DNA of 51,949 nucleotides. It comes from an uncultured Clostridia bacterium (GTDB lineage: Bacteria > Bacillota > Clostridia > Christensenellales > Borkfalkiaceae). The translations under genes and the position numbers were made by a program. Positions 8,988 through 17,320 of the stretch are shown in pieces. The notes below the pieces were generated by a model, which ran no database searches, was not told where the DNA came from, and saw only the letters and a list, made by a program, of their open reading frames with translations. The first letter of the stretch is position 1; every line of letters begins with the position of its first letter. The stretch spans positions 1 through 51,949 of the forward strand of contig CANREQ010000001.1 in the NCBI GenBank assembly GCA_947629695.1. The letters run 5' to 3'.

Positions 8988-10115
8988 ATGAAAATCGCAA
9001 TTTTCGGAGGGGCTTTCAACCCCGTACACAAAGAGCATTTCAACCTCGCCCGCGCGGCGGTAGACGAGCTCGGCCTCGACAAGATAATAATCATGCCGAC
9101 TGCCATAAGCCCGCATAAACGCGGCCGCCCCGTCGTGGACTTCTGGCGGAGATTCGAGATGTGCCGCCTCGCATTTGCGGATTTGAAGCAAGCGGAGGTC
9201 AGCAACTACGAGCTCACCCGCGGCGGCGTCTCTTATACCTGCCTTACCAGCAGTTATTTCCGCTCTCTCTATCCCGATGACGAGCTGTATTTTCTGATAG
9301 GCGCGGACATGCTCAAAAGCTTCCCCATGTGGAAGAACCCGCAGGAGATTTTGCATAACCTGAAATTGGTCGCCTGCGCGCGCGAGACTACGGACGATTT
9401 CAAAAAAAGCGTCGCAACGGTGGAGGAAACCTTTTTGGCAAAGGTGGAGACAATATCCTACGTCGGGCATGCGGTGAGCTCCACGCGGGTGCGCACGCGC
9501 GCCGCCCTCGGGGAAGATTTTTCGGAGTATGTCAACCCCGGAGTTTGTCAATACATTAAGGAGAACGGGCTGTATTTTATGCCCAATCTTTCCGGGATAA
9601 GGCAGTTGATGACCCCCGCGCGTTGGCGGCACACCTTGGGCGTAGCGGAGATCTGCGCGGAAAACGCCTCGCGCGCAGGCATCTCGGAGGAGCAGGCAGT
9701 CACCATGGCGGCATTGCACGACGCGGCAAAGTATTTAAAGCCGTCCGACCCGCGTTTAGAGGGTTTTGTATGTCCCGAAGGCGTGCCGGAGCCCGTCGTC
9801 CACCAATACGCGGGCGCATACGTCGCAGAGCACACCTTCGGCATAAAGGATCAAGTCATCCTGAGCGCGATCGCCTGCCACACGAGCGGCAAGGAGAACA
9901 TGTCCAAGGCGGATAAATTGCTCTTTTTGGCGGACCTTCTCGAGGAGAGCAGGACGTTCGAGGGAGTGGACGAGCTTCGCGCTCTGTTCAAAAAGGACAT
10001 GGATCTATGCCTAAAAGAACAGCTGAAAAGGCAAATCGCGTATCTTGAAAAGACGGACGCGGAGATTTATCCCCTCACGCGTCTCGCATATGAATATGAG
10101 GAGAAAAACAAATGA
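8988..10115 (+). CDS. nadD: fused nicotinate-nucleotide adenylyltransferase (NadD) / HD-domain YqeK phosphohydrolase
   Basis: Residues 1 to about 190 carry GGAFNPVHKEH, ISPHK and SSTRVR (NadD). Residues about 205-375 carry RWRHTLGV, LHDAAK and HTSG (YqeK HD domain). It is a single uninterrupted frame. Confidence 0.85.
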   Translation: MKIAIFGGAFNPVHKEHFNLARAAVDELGLDKIIIMPTAISPHKRGRPVVDFWRRFEMCRLAFADLKQAEVSNYELTRGGVSYTCLTSSYFRSLYPDDELYFLIGADMLKSFPMWKNPQEILHNLKLVACARETTDDFKKSVATVEETFLAKVETISYVGHAVSSTRVRTRAALGEDFSEYVNPGVCQYIKENGLYFMPNLSGIRQLMTPARWRHTLGVAEICAENASRAGISEEQAVTMAALHDAAKYLKPSDPRLEGFVCPEGVPEPVVHQYAGAYVAEHTFGIKDQVILSAIACHTSGKENMSKADKLLFLADLLEESRTFEGVDELRALFKKDMDLCLKEQLKRQIAYLEKTDAEIYPLTRLAYEYEEKNK

Positions 10116-10465
10116 CAAGCAAGGAAAAAGTCGATGCAATCTGTGCGGCGTTAAGCGCAAAAAAGGCGGGGAATATTGTATTTATAGACGTCGGTGCGAG
10201 GACGACGCTGTGCGATTATTTCGTCATTTGCAGCGGCACGTCAACCACGCAGGTCAAAGCTCTCGCGGAAAATCTGGACGAAAAGATGTACAAAATGTAT
10301 TCCCTTGCGCCCAAGCGCGCCGAGGGCGTAAAGGAAGGCAGGTGGGCGGTGCTCGATTATCAGGACGTCATCGTGCACATTTTCAACGCGGAAACGCGCG
10401 ATTTTTACTGCCTCGAAAGGCTCTGGGAGGACGGCAAAAACCTCACAAAGTACGAGGACGGTTAA
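10112..10465 (+). CDS. rsfS: ribosome silencing factor RsfS
   Basis: 117 aa with DYFVICSGTS..QVKA and WAVLDYQDVIVHIF. The start overlaps the upstream stop (ATGA), and a GAGGAG RBS is present. Confidence 0.9.
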   Translation: MTSKEKVDAICAALSAKKAGNIVFIDVGARTTLCDYFVICSGTSTTQVKALAENLDEKMYKMYSLAPKRAEGVKEGRWAVLDYQDVIVHIFNAETRDFYCLERLWEDGKNLTKYEDG

Positions 10466-10622
10466 GGGAAAAGGCAAAAAACAAAAGAGGCTTCTTTGTC
10501 GGGTGAAGCGCCCTGAAATTGTGCGCAAAAAAGGAGCGTGGGAAAGCTGAAAATGCGATTGCCCCGCACATATGCCGCGGCGAATTGATTTTCAAAGCGC
10601 GTGCGGCTTGGGCAAATTCCCG

Positions 10623-10856
10623 CTATTTTTCCTTGAATTTTATTTCCTTCGGCTGGGAATAAGTGCACTTTCTCGCCCGCTTTTTTTCGACTATGTAGTA
10701 CACGGGCTCAACCTGTTTTTCGCTCTTTTCGCGCACGGGTTTTTCGGGTTTTTTCGTCGCCGTCTTCAGCCCAAGCGCGGCGAGCTTGAAAAAGGCTATC
10801 ACCGCAAAGCAGGCGGCGAAAACGAGAAACAGATACAAAAGTCCCAAAAGATCCAT
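10623..10856 (-). CDS. possible small single-pass membrane protein
   Basis: 77 aa with one clean TM helix and a Lys/Glu-rich tail. I found no convincing RBS. Confidence 0.35.
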   Translation of the reverse strand: MDLLGLLYLFLVFAACFAVIAFFKLAALGLKTATKKPEKPVREKSEKQVEPVYYIVEKKRARKCTYSQPKEIKFKEK

Positions 10857-10919
10857 ACGGCAATGATAAATCGCCGCGCAAGAAATATATTGTAAAAAAA
10901 TCGCAATAAAGGAGTTTTT

Positions 10920-11675
10920 ATGATGTTATTCAAAAAGGCCGCCAAAGATGAGGCCAAAGAAGCCGCCCTAGAGGAGGCTGAGCAATCTGATTTCACCGAG
11001 TACAGGCGCATGAAGCGCGAGGAAGAAGCACAGGCGGGAATAACCAAAATCGAGTGCGACTGCCTCTCGCCCTATATGGATAAGACCCAGCTTAAAGACA
11101 CCTGCAAAAATGCAAACGCGCTCTCGCTGGGGGCGGTCGTCGTCTTTCCCGCATACGTCAAACCGTGCGTCGGATTTTTGGGAAGCGACCCCCAAACGGC
11201 GCTGATCGCGGCGATTTCCTATCCACACGGACTTGATACAACGGAAGTCAAGATGAACGCCATCAAGCGCGCCATAAAGGACGGCGTGGACGAGGTGGAG
11301 GTCTGCGCCCCAATGAGAATGATCTCCGACGGAAACGTTGCGTACTTCAAGAGGGAGTGCAAGAAGATCAAAAAAGCCGCGGGCCGCATACCAGCGCGCC
11401 TGGTCATAGATTGCGAAGTTTTGCGCGGGGCGGAGCTCAACAAGATATGCTCCATAGCGGTAGAGGCCGGCATAACCTGCCTGCGCCTGAACGGCGCGGA
11501 CGGCGACGTGCTCGCGGCGGTGCGCAAGAGCCTGCGCGACAAGTGCACGCTCAAGGCGGACGGCGTGGAAAGTTTTTCCTCTTTTGCCCGCTTCGTCGTG
11601 CTCGGCGCTGATTATATGGGCAGTAAAAACGCGCTTGCCCTCGCAAAAGCCGTGACCACAGAGGTCCATCAATAA
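10920..11675 (+). CDS. DeoC/LacD-family aldolase-like protein with a charged N-terminal extension
   Basis: 251 aa with an AAGGAG RBS. The TIM-barrel-like pattern (VVVFP.., ISYPHG, VDEVEV, LKADG) resembles deoxyribose-phosphate aldolase. Confidence 0.6.
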   Translation: MMLFKKAAKDEAKEAALEEAEQSDFTEYRRMKREEEAQAGITKIECDCLSPYMDKTQLKDTCKNANALSLGAVVVFPAYVKPCVGFLGSDPQTALIAAISYPHGLDTTEVKMNAIKRAIKDGVDEVEVCAPMRMISDGNVAYFKRECKKIKKAAGRIPARLVIDCEVLRGAELNKICSIAVEAGITCLRLNGADGDVLAAVRKSLRDKCTLKADGVESFSSFARFVVLGADYMGSKNALALAKAVTTEVHQ

Positions 11676-11698
11676 TTTCCCGCAATCGCAAAAAACGT

Positions 11699-11729
11699 GC
11701 GGCGCGTTGCAATTTAAGCAACGCGCCGC
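11699..11729. terminator. bidirectional intrinsic terminator (DeoC-like gene / dapB)
   Basis: gcggcgcgttgc / gcaacgcgccgc form a 12-bp stem. T-runs follow on both strands. Confidence 0.65.
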
Positions 11730-11770
11730 TTTCATATTATTTTTAACTCTATGACAAAACGCCGTAAATT

Positions 11771-12526
11771 TTATAAAATATCCACGAGAAGATCCTTCAT
11801 GTCGTACATGCCCGCGCCTTTGCCGGCTATCCACTTGGCCGCGTTTATCGCGCCCGCCGCAAACACCTTTTTGCTCCTTGCCGAGTGCGAAAGCGTGATT
11901 ATTTCGTCCTCGCCGCAAAAGCTCACTTCGTGCTCGCCGACTATCGTGCCGCCGCGGACGGCGTGAATGCCTATTTCGTTCCCACGCTTGCCGCAAATGC
12001 CGCTTCTCCCGTTTAAGTAAGGCCTCTTTTCATCGTAAGAGGAGTTTACGCTGTCCGCAAGCATGAGCGCGGTGCCGCTCGGCGCGTCAACCTTGCGGTT
12101 ATGGTGCCGCTCGATTATTTCCACGTCGAATTTATCCCCCAGCGTCTGCGCCGCCTTTTTGACGAGCTCGCATAAAAGATTTACCCCCAGCGAGAAATTC
12201 GCCGTGCGGAAAACCGCAACGCTCTGCGCGGCTTGTTCTATCTGCTCTTTTTGCTCTTGCGTAAACCCGGTGGAGGCGATAACCACCGGCGTTTTTGTGC
12301 TTTTGACATATTCCAGCTCCCCGCTAAGCGCGTCGGGCGAGGAAAAATCTATTATTACGTCCGGCTTTTCTTTGACTTCTTTGAAACTTTTGTAGACGGG
12401 GAAGGGGAGATCGCCGCCCTTGGGGTCAACCCCGCAGACGATTTGCGCCTCTTTGTCGCCTCGGAGAAGTTCCGCAATGTTCGCGCCCATCTTTCCGCAC
12501 GCCCCGCAAATAAGTACTTTTATCAT
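11771..12526 (-). CDS. dapB: 4-hydroxy-tetrahydrodipicolinate reductase
   Basis: 251 aa with GACGKMG and ERHHNRKVDAPSGTA motifs. The start overlaps the dapA stop (ATGA). Confidence 0.95.
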   Translation of the reverse strand: MIKVLICGACGKMGANIAELLRGDKEAQIVCGVDPKGGDLPFPVYKSFKEVKEKPDVIIDFSSPDALSGELEYVKSTKTPVVIASTGFTQEQKEQIEQAAQSVAVFRTANFSLGVNLLCELVKKAAQTLGDKFDVEIIERHHNRKVDAPSGTALMLADSVNSSYDEKRPYLNGRSGICGKRGNEIGIHAVRGGTIVGEHEVSFCGEDEIITLSHSARSKKVFAAGAINAAKWIAGKGAGMYDMKDLLVDIL

Positions 12527-13410
12527 AATTTCTTTATCTCCGCATAAGCTATCGCGCCGTCCATAACGGCTTTGTGCGCCTCCTCCAACGGAGTCAGGGG
12601 TGAGCGTGGTACGCCCGCGTCAAACCCTATCGCACAGCACCCGTACTTGACGGGTATGGGATTTACCTCAACAAAGCACGCGTCGATGAGCGGCAGAAGT
12701 CTGTCCTGTATTTCGTTTGCCTCGCGCAGTTTGTTTTGCGCCATAAGCGCGGTCACCTTCTTGACCTCGGCGGGGCATATATTGCTCGCCACGGAAATAA
12801 CCCCCGCGCCGCCTATCGCCAGAATGGGGATATTGAGGTTGTCGTCCCCCGAATACACCTCGCACCTGCCGCGCACCCTGCGCATAGTCTCGCATATCTG
12901 CTCCATATTCCCGCAAGCTTCCTTTATCCCCGCGAGGTTGGGTATGTAAGAAATTTCCTCGGCCGTTGCGCTTAAAATGTTCACGCCCGTGCGCCCGGGT
13001 ACGTTGTAGGCTATGACGGGAATTGAAACCGCACCGCAAATCGCCTTGTAATACTCAACCAGCCCCTTTTGCGTGCACTTGTTGTAGTAGGGCGTGACGG
13101 CAAGCAACCCGTCCGCGCCGATCTTTTCCGCCCGTTTGCCGGCGGCGACAGCCGCCGCCGTGTTGTTGGAGCCCGTCCCGAAGATGACTTTCGCCCTGCC
13201 CGCGATCTTTTCCACGGCGTATTCCATGACGGCCACCTTTTCGCTGTCCGTCATGGTGGCGGGTTCGCCCGTCGTCCCCAAAATGACTAACGCGTCAACG
13301 CCGCCCGCTATCTGGTAGTCGATCATCTCCCCGAAAACTTTAAAGTTTACTCCCTTTTCGTCAAAGGGGGTGATCATCGCCGTAGCGAGGCCTTTAAAAA
13401 AATTCAGCAT
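12523..13410 (-). CDS. dapA: 4-hydroxy-tetrahydrodipicolinate synthase
   Basis: 295 aa with TPF, GTTGE, YNVP and GIKEA (Schiff-base Lys) motifs. Confidence 0.95.
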   Translation of the reverse strand: MLNFFKGLATAMITPFDEKGVNFKVFGEMIDYQIAGGVDALVILGTTGEPATMTDSEKVAVMEYAVEKIAGRAKVIFGTGSNNTAAAVAAGKRAEKIGADGLLAVTPYYNKCTQKGLVEYYKAICGAVSIPVIAYNVPGRTGVNILSATAEEISYIPNLAGIKEACGNMEQICETMRRVRGRCEVYSGDDNLNIPILAIGGAGVISVASNICPAEVKKVTALMAQNKLREANEIQDRLLPLIDACFVEVNPIPVKYGCCAIGFDAGVPRSPLTPLEEAHKAVMDGAIAYAEIKKL

Positions 13411-13581
13411 ATATTACCCCTTATTTTTTCTGCCGCCGCTTGAAAATTTTCAGCTTGCGGAAGTTATTTTTTCTATATTGTATGAATGTGCCCGCGCATT
13501 TGCCGTAAAGAATGAACCAAGCAGCATCTTTTATAACGCGCCTTGCGGCGCGCCGCGGGCGGAAAGCGGAATGATTTTATC

Positions 13582-14667
13582 TCAGCCGAAATACCCTTTT
13601 GCCGCCAACAGTTCGGCAAGCAGCACCGCGCCGCCCGCCGCCCCGCGCAGGGTATTGTGGGAAAATCCAATAAATTTGTAATCGAAGAGGTTATCCTCCC
13701 TCAGCCTTCCCGCGCACACGGCCATTCCGTTTTCGCAATATCTGTCAAGCTTTGGCTGGGGTCTGTCGTCCTCGCCGAAGTAGTGTATGAATTGTTTGGG
13801 CGCGGAGGGAAGGGCAAGTTTTTGCGGCTCTCCCGCAAATTCTTTCCAGGCGGATAAGATCTGTTCCTTTGTCGGCTTTTTTTCGAATGAGACGAAAACC
13901 GCCGCCGTATGCCCGTCGGATACGGGCACCCTTAAACACTGCGCCGTTATCGCAGGCGACGCGGCGGGGATTATTTCACCGCCCTTGACCTCGCCCCAAA
14001 TCTTCAGCGGCTCCTTTTCGCTCTTTTCTTCCTCGCCGCCGATATACGGAATTACGTTGTCAATTATCTGCGGCATAGTCTCAAACGTCTTGCCCGCGCC
14101 GGAGATCGCCTGATAGGTGGTGACCGCCGCGCACTTTATCCCGAAGGAGCGCAAGGGGTGCAGAAGGGGCACGTAGGATTGAAGGGAACAGTTGCTCTTC
14201 ACCGCGATAAACCCGCGCTTTGTCCCCAGCCGCTTTCTCTGGGAGTTTATGACCTGCAGATGTTCCGCGTTTATCTCGGGTATGATCATGGGCACGTCGG
14301 GCGTAAACCTGTGCGCGGAATTGTTGGATACTATCGGGCACTCCGCTTTTGCATAGGCGTATTCCAGCTCTTTGATATCCTCTTTGTTCATGTTTACCGC
14401 GCAGAAGCAGAAATCCACCGAACCTGCGATCTTTTCAATATCCTTTTGCGCGTCGTAAACTGTCATGCCGGCAAATTTTTCGGGCATGGGGGAGGGGATA
14501 AGCCAGCCCTTTATCGCGTCTTTGTACTTTTTGCCCGCGCTCCGCCCGCTCGCGGCGAGGCAGACCACCTCGAACAGCGGGTGATTTTCCAATAGGCACA
14601 AAAACCTCTGCCCGACCATTCCCGTCGCGCCGATAACTCCGACTTTGTATCTTGCATTCGTATTCAT
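13582..14667 (-). CDS. asd: aspartate-semialdehyde dehydrogenase
   Basis: Contains GATGMVGQ and the SNCS active-site Cys. I chose the ATG at 14667 (GGAG 8 nt upstream). ATGs at 14673 and 14676 are also possible. The ORF-track start at 14823 would run through the riboswitch. Confidence 0.9.
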   Translation of the reverse strand: MNTNARYKVGVIGATGMVGQRFLCLLENHPLFEVVCLAASGRSAGKKYKDAIKGWLIPSPMPEKFAGMTVYDAQKDIEKIAGSVDFCFCAVNMNKEDIKELEYAYAKAECPIVSNNSAHRFTPDVPMIIPEINAEHLQVINSQRKRLGTKRGFIAVKSNCSLQSYVPLLHPLRSFGIKCAAVTTYQAISGAGKTFETMPQIIDNVIPYIGGEEEKSEKEPLKIWGEVKGGEIIPAASPAITAQCLRVPVSDGHTAAVFVSFEKKPTKEQILSAWKEFAGEPQKLALPSAPKQFIHYFGEDDRPQPKLDRYCENGMAVCAGRLREDNLFDYKFIGFSHNTLRGAAGGAVLLAELLAAKGYFG

Positions 14668-14696
14668 TATCATCATAACTCCGTATGGGTATTTTC

Positions 14697-14928
14697 TTAA
14701 AAAATAAGACGGCGCAAAGCGCGCCGTCTTTAAAGCTTTCAAGCCGTATGCAAACAGCGCCACACCGCAAAAGGTGTCAGTCGCACGGGTATTGACCCGT
14801 GCGCCCAGCCGCATCTTTGGCACGGACGCGGCTTCGGCGGCGATGCCCTTTCCACGCGCGGATTATCGCAAAGCCCGCCAAAAGGCTCTCCCGCGCGGCT
14901 ACTCATGCTCTGCCGCTCCTCTGATTCG
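14697..14928 (-). promoter_or_regulatory. lysine riboswitch (L-box) with intrinsic terminator
   Basis: The minus strand reads AGAGGAGCG..GAGUAGCC..GGGAGAG..UGGAAAGGGCAUCGCCGCCGAAGC..GGCUGGGCG..ACUGACA. This matches the conserved L-box blocks of B. subtilis lysC. It is followed by aagacggcgc/gcgccgtctt plus a T-run (14697-14731). Confidence 0.85.
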
Positions 14929-15006
14929 CATTACGATATTATCATAAAGGCGGGGGATTGTCAAAGAAAAATATATTGTTTTTTTGATTTCTGCTCCGTA
15001 AAATAA

Positions 15007-15035
15007 TTGAAATAATCGCGCCTTTGCTGTATAAT
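15007..15035 (+). promoter_or_regulatory. sigma-A-type promoter candidate
   Basis: TTGAAA-17 nt-TATAAT, about 55 nt upstream of the 15092 CDS. Confidence 0.4.
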
Positions 15036-15091
15036 GTAAGAAAACCTGTCCTTAAAAGGCAGGACTTTGCGACAAAAAAGGGAAAACATAA

Positions 15092-16360
15092 ATGGCAGAA
15101 TCCAAACTGACCGCACTTGAAGGCAACGAGCTTGCCGATGACTATCTGCGCACGCACGTCCCCAACGGACGGTGGGCGGATACGTGGGATTTGTTCAAAT
15201 CCAACTTTCATAAATTCGTTATAATAAACGTATTTACCCTGCTTTTCTTCGTGCCGGGTATAATTCTCGTATATTTCCGCCTCAATTATATAAGCCAGAT
15301 GGGCATACTTTATCCCTTCTCGGCCAATGCGCTTTTCACCTATCCTTTGACTCCGAGCACGCAAGGCGTCGCCGAAAGCATAGTTTTATCTGCGGATATC
15401 ATGTTTTACTCCATGCTCATCGTCGCCTCGCTGATAGCCGCGGTGGGCATAGCGGGCGCGTCGTACTCCATAAAGAGGCTTATTAACACGCACGGCCAAT
15501 TCACCGTCAAGGGCTATTTCCACGGCGTAAAGGTGTGCTACTTCAACGTCTTGCTGCCCACGCTGATATTCATGGCTTTCTTGTTTTCGTCCTTCGTCAT
15601 ATCCGACTGGGCGGAGCAGCAGATAGCGTACGGCAGAAGCGCGGGCGGACCGATAACCGCAAAGGTATTTATAATTATAGCCACCGTCCTGGTGGGAATA
15701 TACTGCTCCTGGTTGCTCGCGATAGGCGTAAGTTACAAGGTAAAGCTCAGATATTTATTCAAAAACTCCTTTGTCCTTCTTTGGGGCACGATAATCCAGA
15801 CGATATTTATGTTGGGCTTCTCGCTCATTCCCGTTTGGCTCATGCTCATAGGCACGCAGGTAACCTTCTTTCTGATCCTCGGCATAATAGTATTCATATT
15901 CCTCGGGTTTTCGTATATACTTCTGTGCTGGCTGGCGTTCACGCAGTGGGTGTTCGATATGTTCATAACCCCCGCGGTCAAGTCCGAAAAAGAGGCCAAG
16001 CGCGCGCAGATGACCCCCAAACAGCTGGAAGCGGAAAAACTTGCCGAGGAGCAAGCCGTCGCCCGCGAGCTTTTGGCCGCCGGCAGGAGCGAACTCATCG
16101 GCAGACCCATCCGTCCGATAGAGAGCGGCGACGTCGTAAAGGAGATAGGCCGCGCTTTCGACAGGTCGGATATATCCCGCGTCGCGGCGGAGCGGCAGGG
16201 CTTGGTTGACGGCGTAAACGAGTACTACGAACAGCACAAGGGCGATACGCGCTACGTCGAATACGAGAAAATGTTTGCGGAGCGTGAAAAAGCCCTGCAA
16301 ACCCCCAAGGGCAAGAAGGGCAAGGGCAAAAAGGTCAGCTCCGATAACCTCCTCAGATAA
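15092..16360 (+). CDS. polytopic membrane protein with a long charged C-terminal tail (possibly DUF624/YesL-like N-terminal part)
   Basis: 422 aa with about 6 TM helices, followed by a Lys/Glu/Ala-rich coiled-coil-like tail. Confidence 0.65.
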   Translation: MAESKLTALEGNELADDYLRTHVPNGRWADTWDLFKSNFHKFVIINVFTLLFFVPGIILVYFRLNYISQMGILYPFSANALFTYPLTPSTQGVAESIVLSADIMFYSMLIVASLIAAVGIAGASYSIKRLINTHGQFTVKGYFHGVKVCYFNVLLPTLIFMAFLFSSFVISDWAEQQIAYGRSAGGPITAKVFIIIATVLVGIYCSWLLAIGVSYKVKLRYLFKNSFVLLWGTIIQTIFMLGFSLIPVWLMLIGTQVTFFLILGIIVFIFLGFSYILLCWLAFTQWVFDMFITPAVKSEKEAKRAQMTPKQLEAEKLAEEQAVARELLAAGRSELIGRPIRPIESGDVVKEIGRAFDRSDISRVAAERQGLVDGVNEYYEQHKGDTRYVEYEKMFAEREKALQTPKGKKGKGKKVSSDNLLR

Positions 16361-16479
16361 TAAGCGCGCAAACACATGCGCAAAAACTTTGACTGCGGCT
16401 GTTTGATAATGGTCGCAGTATTCATTATAAGACTTACATTTTTAACGCGGAAAATAGTCAAACTTAGTATAAAACGCCC

Positions 16480-17301
16480 ATGAATACAATGATACGCACA
16501 CTCATATGCGGCGGGCAAGTCTCACTTTGCGTAATGGATACGACGAGGCTTGTAAACGACGCGATCTCAATTCACGGCACCGACAGGGAAGCCTCATCCA
16601 TTTTGGGCGGACTTTTGACGGCGGCCGCCTATATCGCGTCCTCTTTAAAGACAAAGAGCTCCGGCGTGTCCCTGACCGTAAAGGCGGAAAGGGGAGACGG
16701 TGCCGTATCCGTCTCCTGCGACAGCGCGTTGCACGTCCGCGGCTATGCGGACGGCAGTTGCACGCGCTCCTTAAGGGGCGGCATTCTGACGGTGGTGAGG
16801 GAGGACCCTCCCGCAACGCCCTATGTCGGAACCTGCGGGATAGACGGCGACGATTTGTCGGACATCGTCGAAAAATATTACGGGCAGAGCGAACAGATAC
16901 CCACCGCCGTGTCCCTTTGTTGCGATATAGGCGCGGACGGCTCGTGCCTCTGCGCGGGCGGGGTGATAATGCAGCTTATGCCGGACGCGGACGAAGAGGC
17001 GCAATGGCGGGCGGGAGAGGCGTTTGAAAATTTCAAAAACACCCCCGGAGCCCTTTTGGATTCGGGCGCGGAAGGTGTAATGGAAAAATTTTTCTCCGCC
17101 CTCGGACCAAGCGAAAGTTACACCCTCTATCCCGAATACAAGTGCAACTGCTCGGAAGAAAAAATAATCTCCGTTCTCGCCGCCGTCGGCAAAGAGGAAC
17201 TGCTTGAAATAGCGCGGGAGTTGGGCGTGGTAAGCGTGCACTGTCACTACTGCAACAAGGATTATTTATACGACGAAAAGAAGATAAAGGAGCTGTTTTA
17301 G
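16480..17301 (+). CDS. hslO: Hsp33-family redox-regulated chaperone
   Basis: 273 aa with the C-terminal zinc centre CNCS ... CHYCNKDY (CxC + CxxC). Confidence 0.9.
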   Translation: MNTMIRTLICGGQVSLCVMDTTRLVNDAISIHGTDREASSILGGLLTAAAYIASSLKTKSSGVSLTVKAERGDGAVSVSCDSALHVRGYADGSCTRSLRGGILTVVREDPPATPYVGTCGIDGDDLSDIVEKYYGQSEQIPTAVSLCCDIGADGSCLCAGGVIMQLMPDADEEAQWRAGEAFENFKNTPGALLDSGAEGVMEKFFSALGPSESYTLYPEYKCNCSEEKIISVLAAVGKEELLEIARELGVVSVHCHYCNKDYLYDEKKIKELF

Positions 17302-17320
17302 CTCACGAAATACATAATAA

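Noticed and set aside
14668-14823. The extended asd ORF start at 14823.
   Set aside because: The extension overlaps the lysine riboswitch and its terminator and encodes a non-homologous peptide. The family N-terminus (KVGVIGATG) follows the ATG cluster at 14667-14676.
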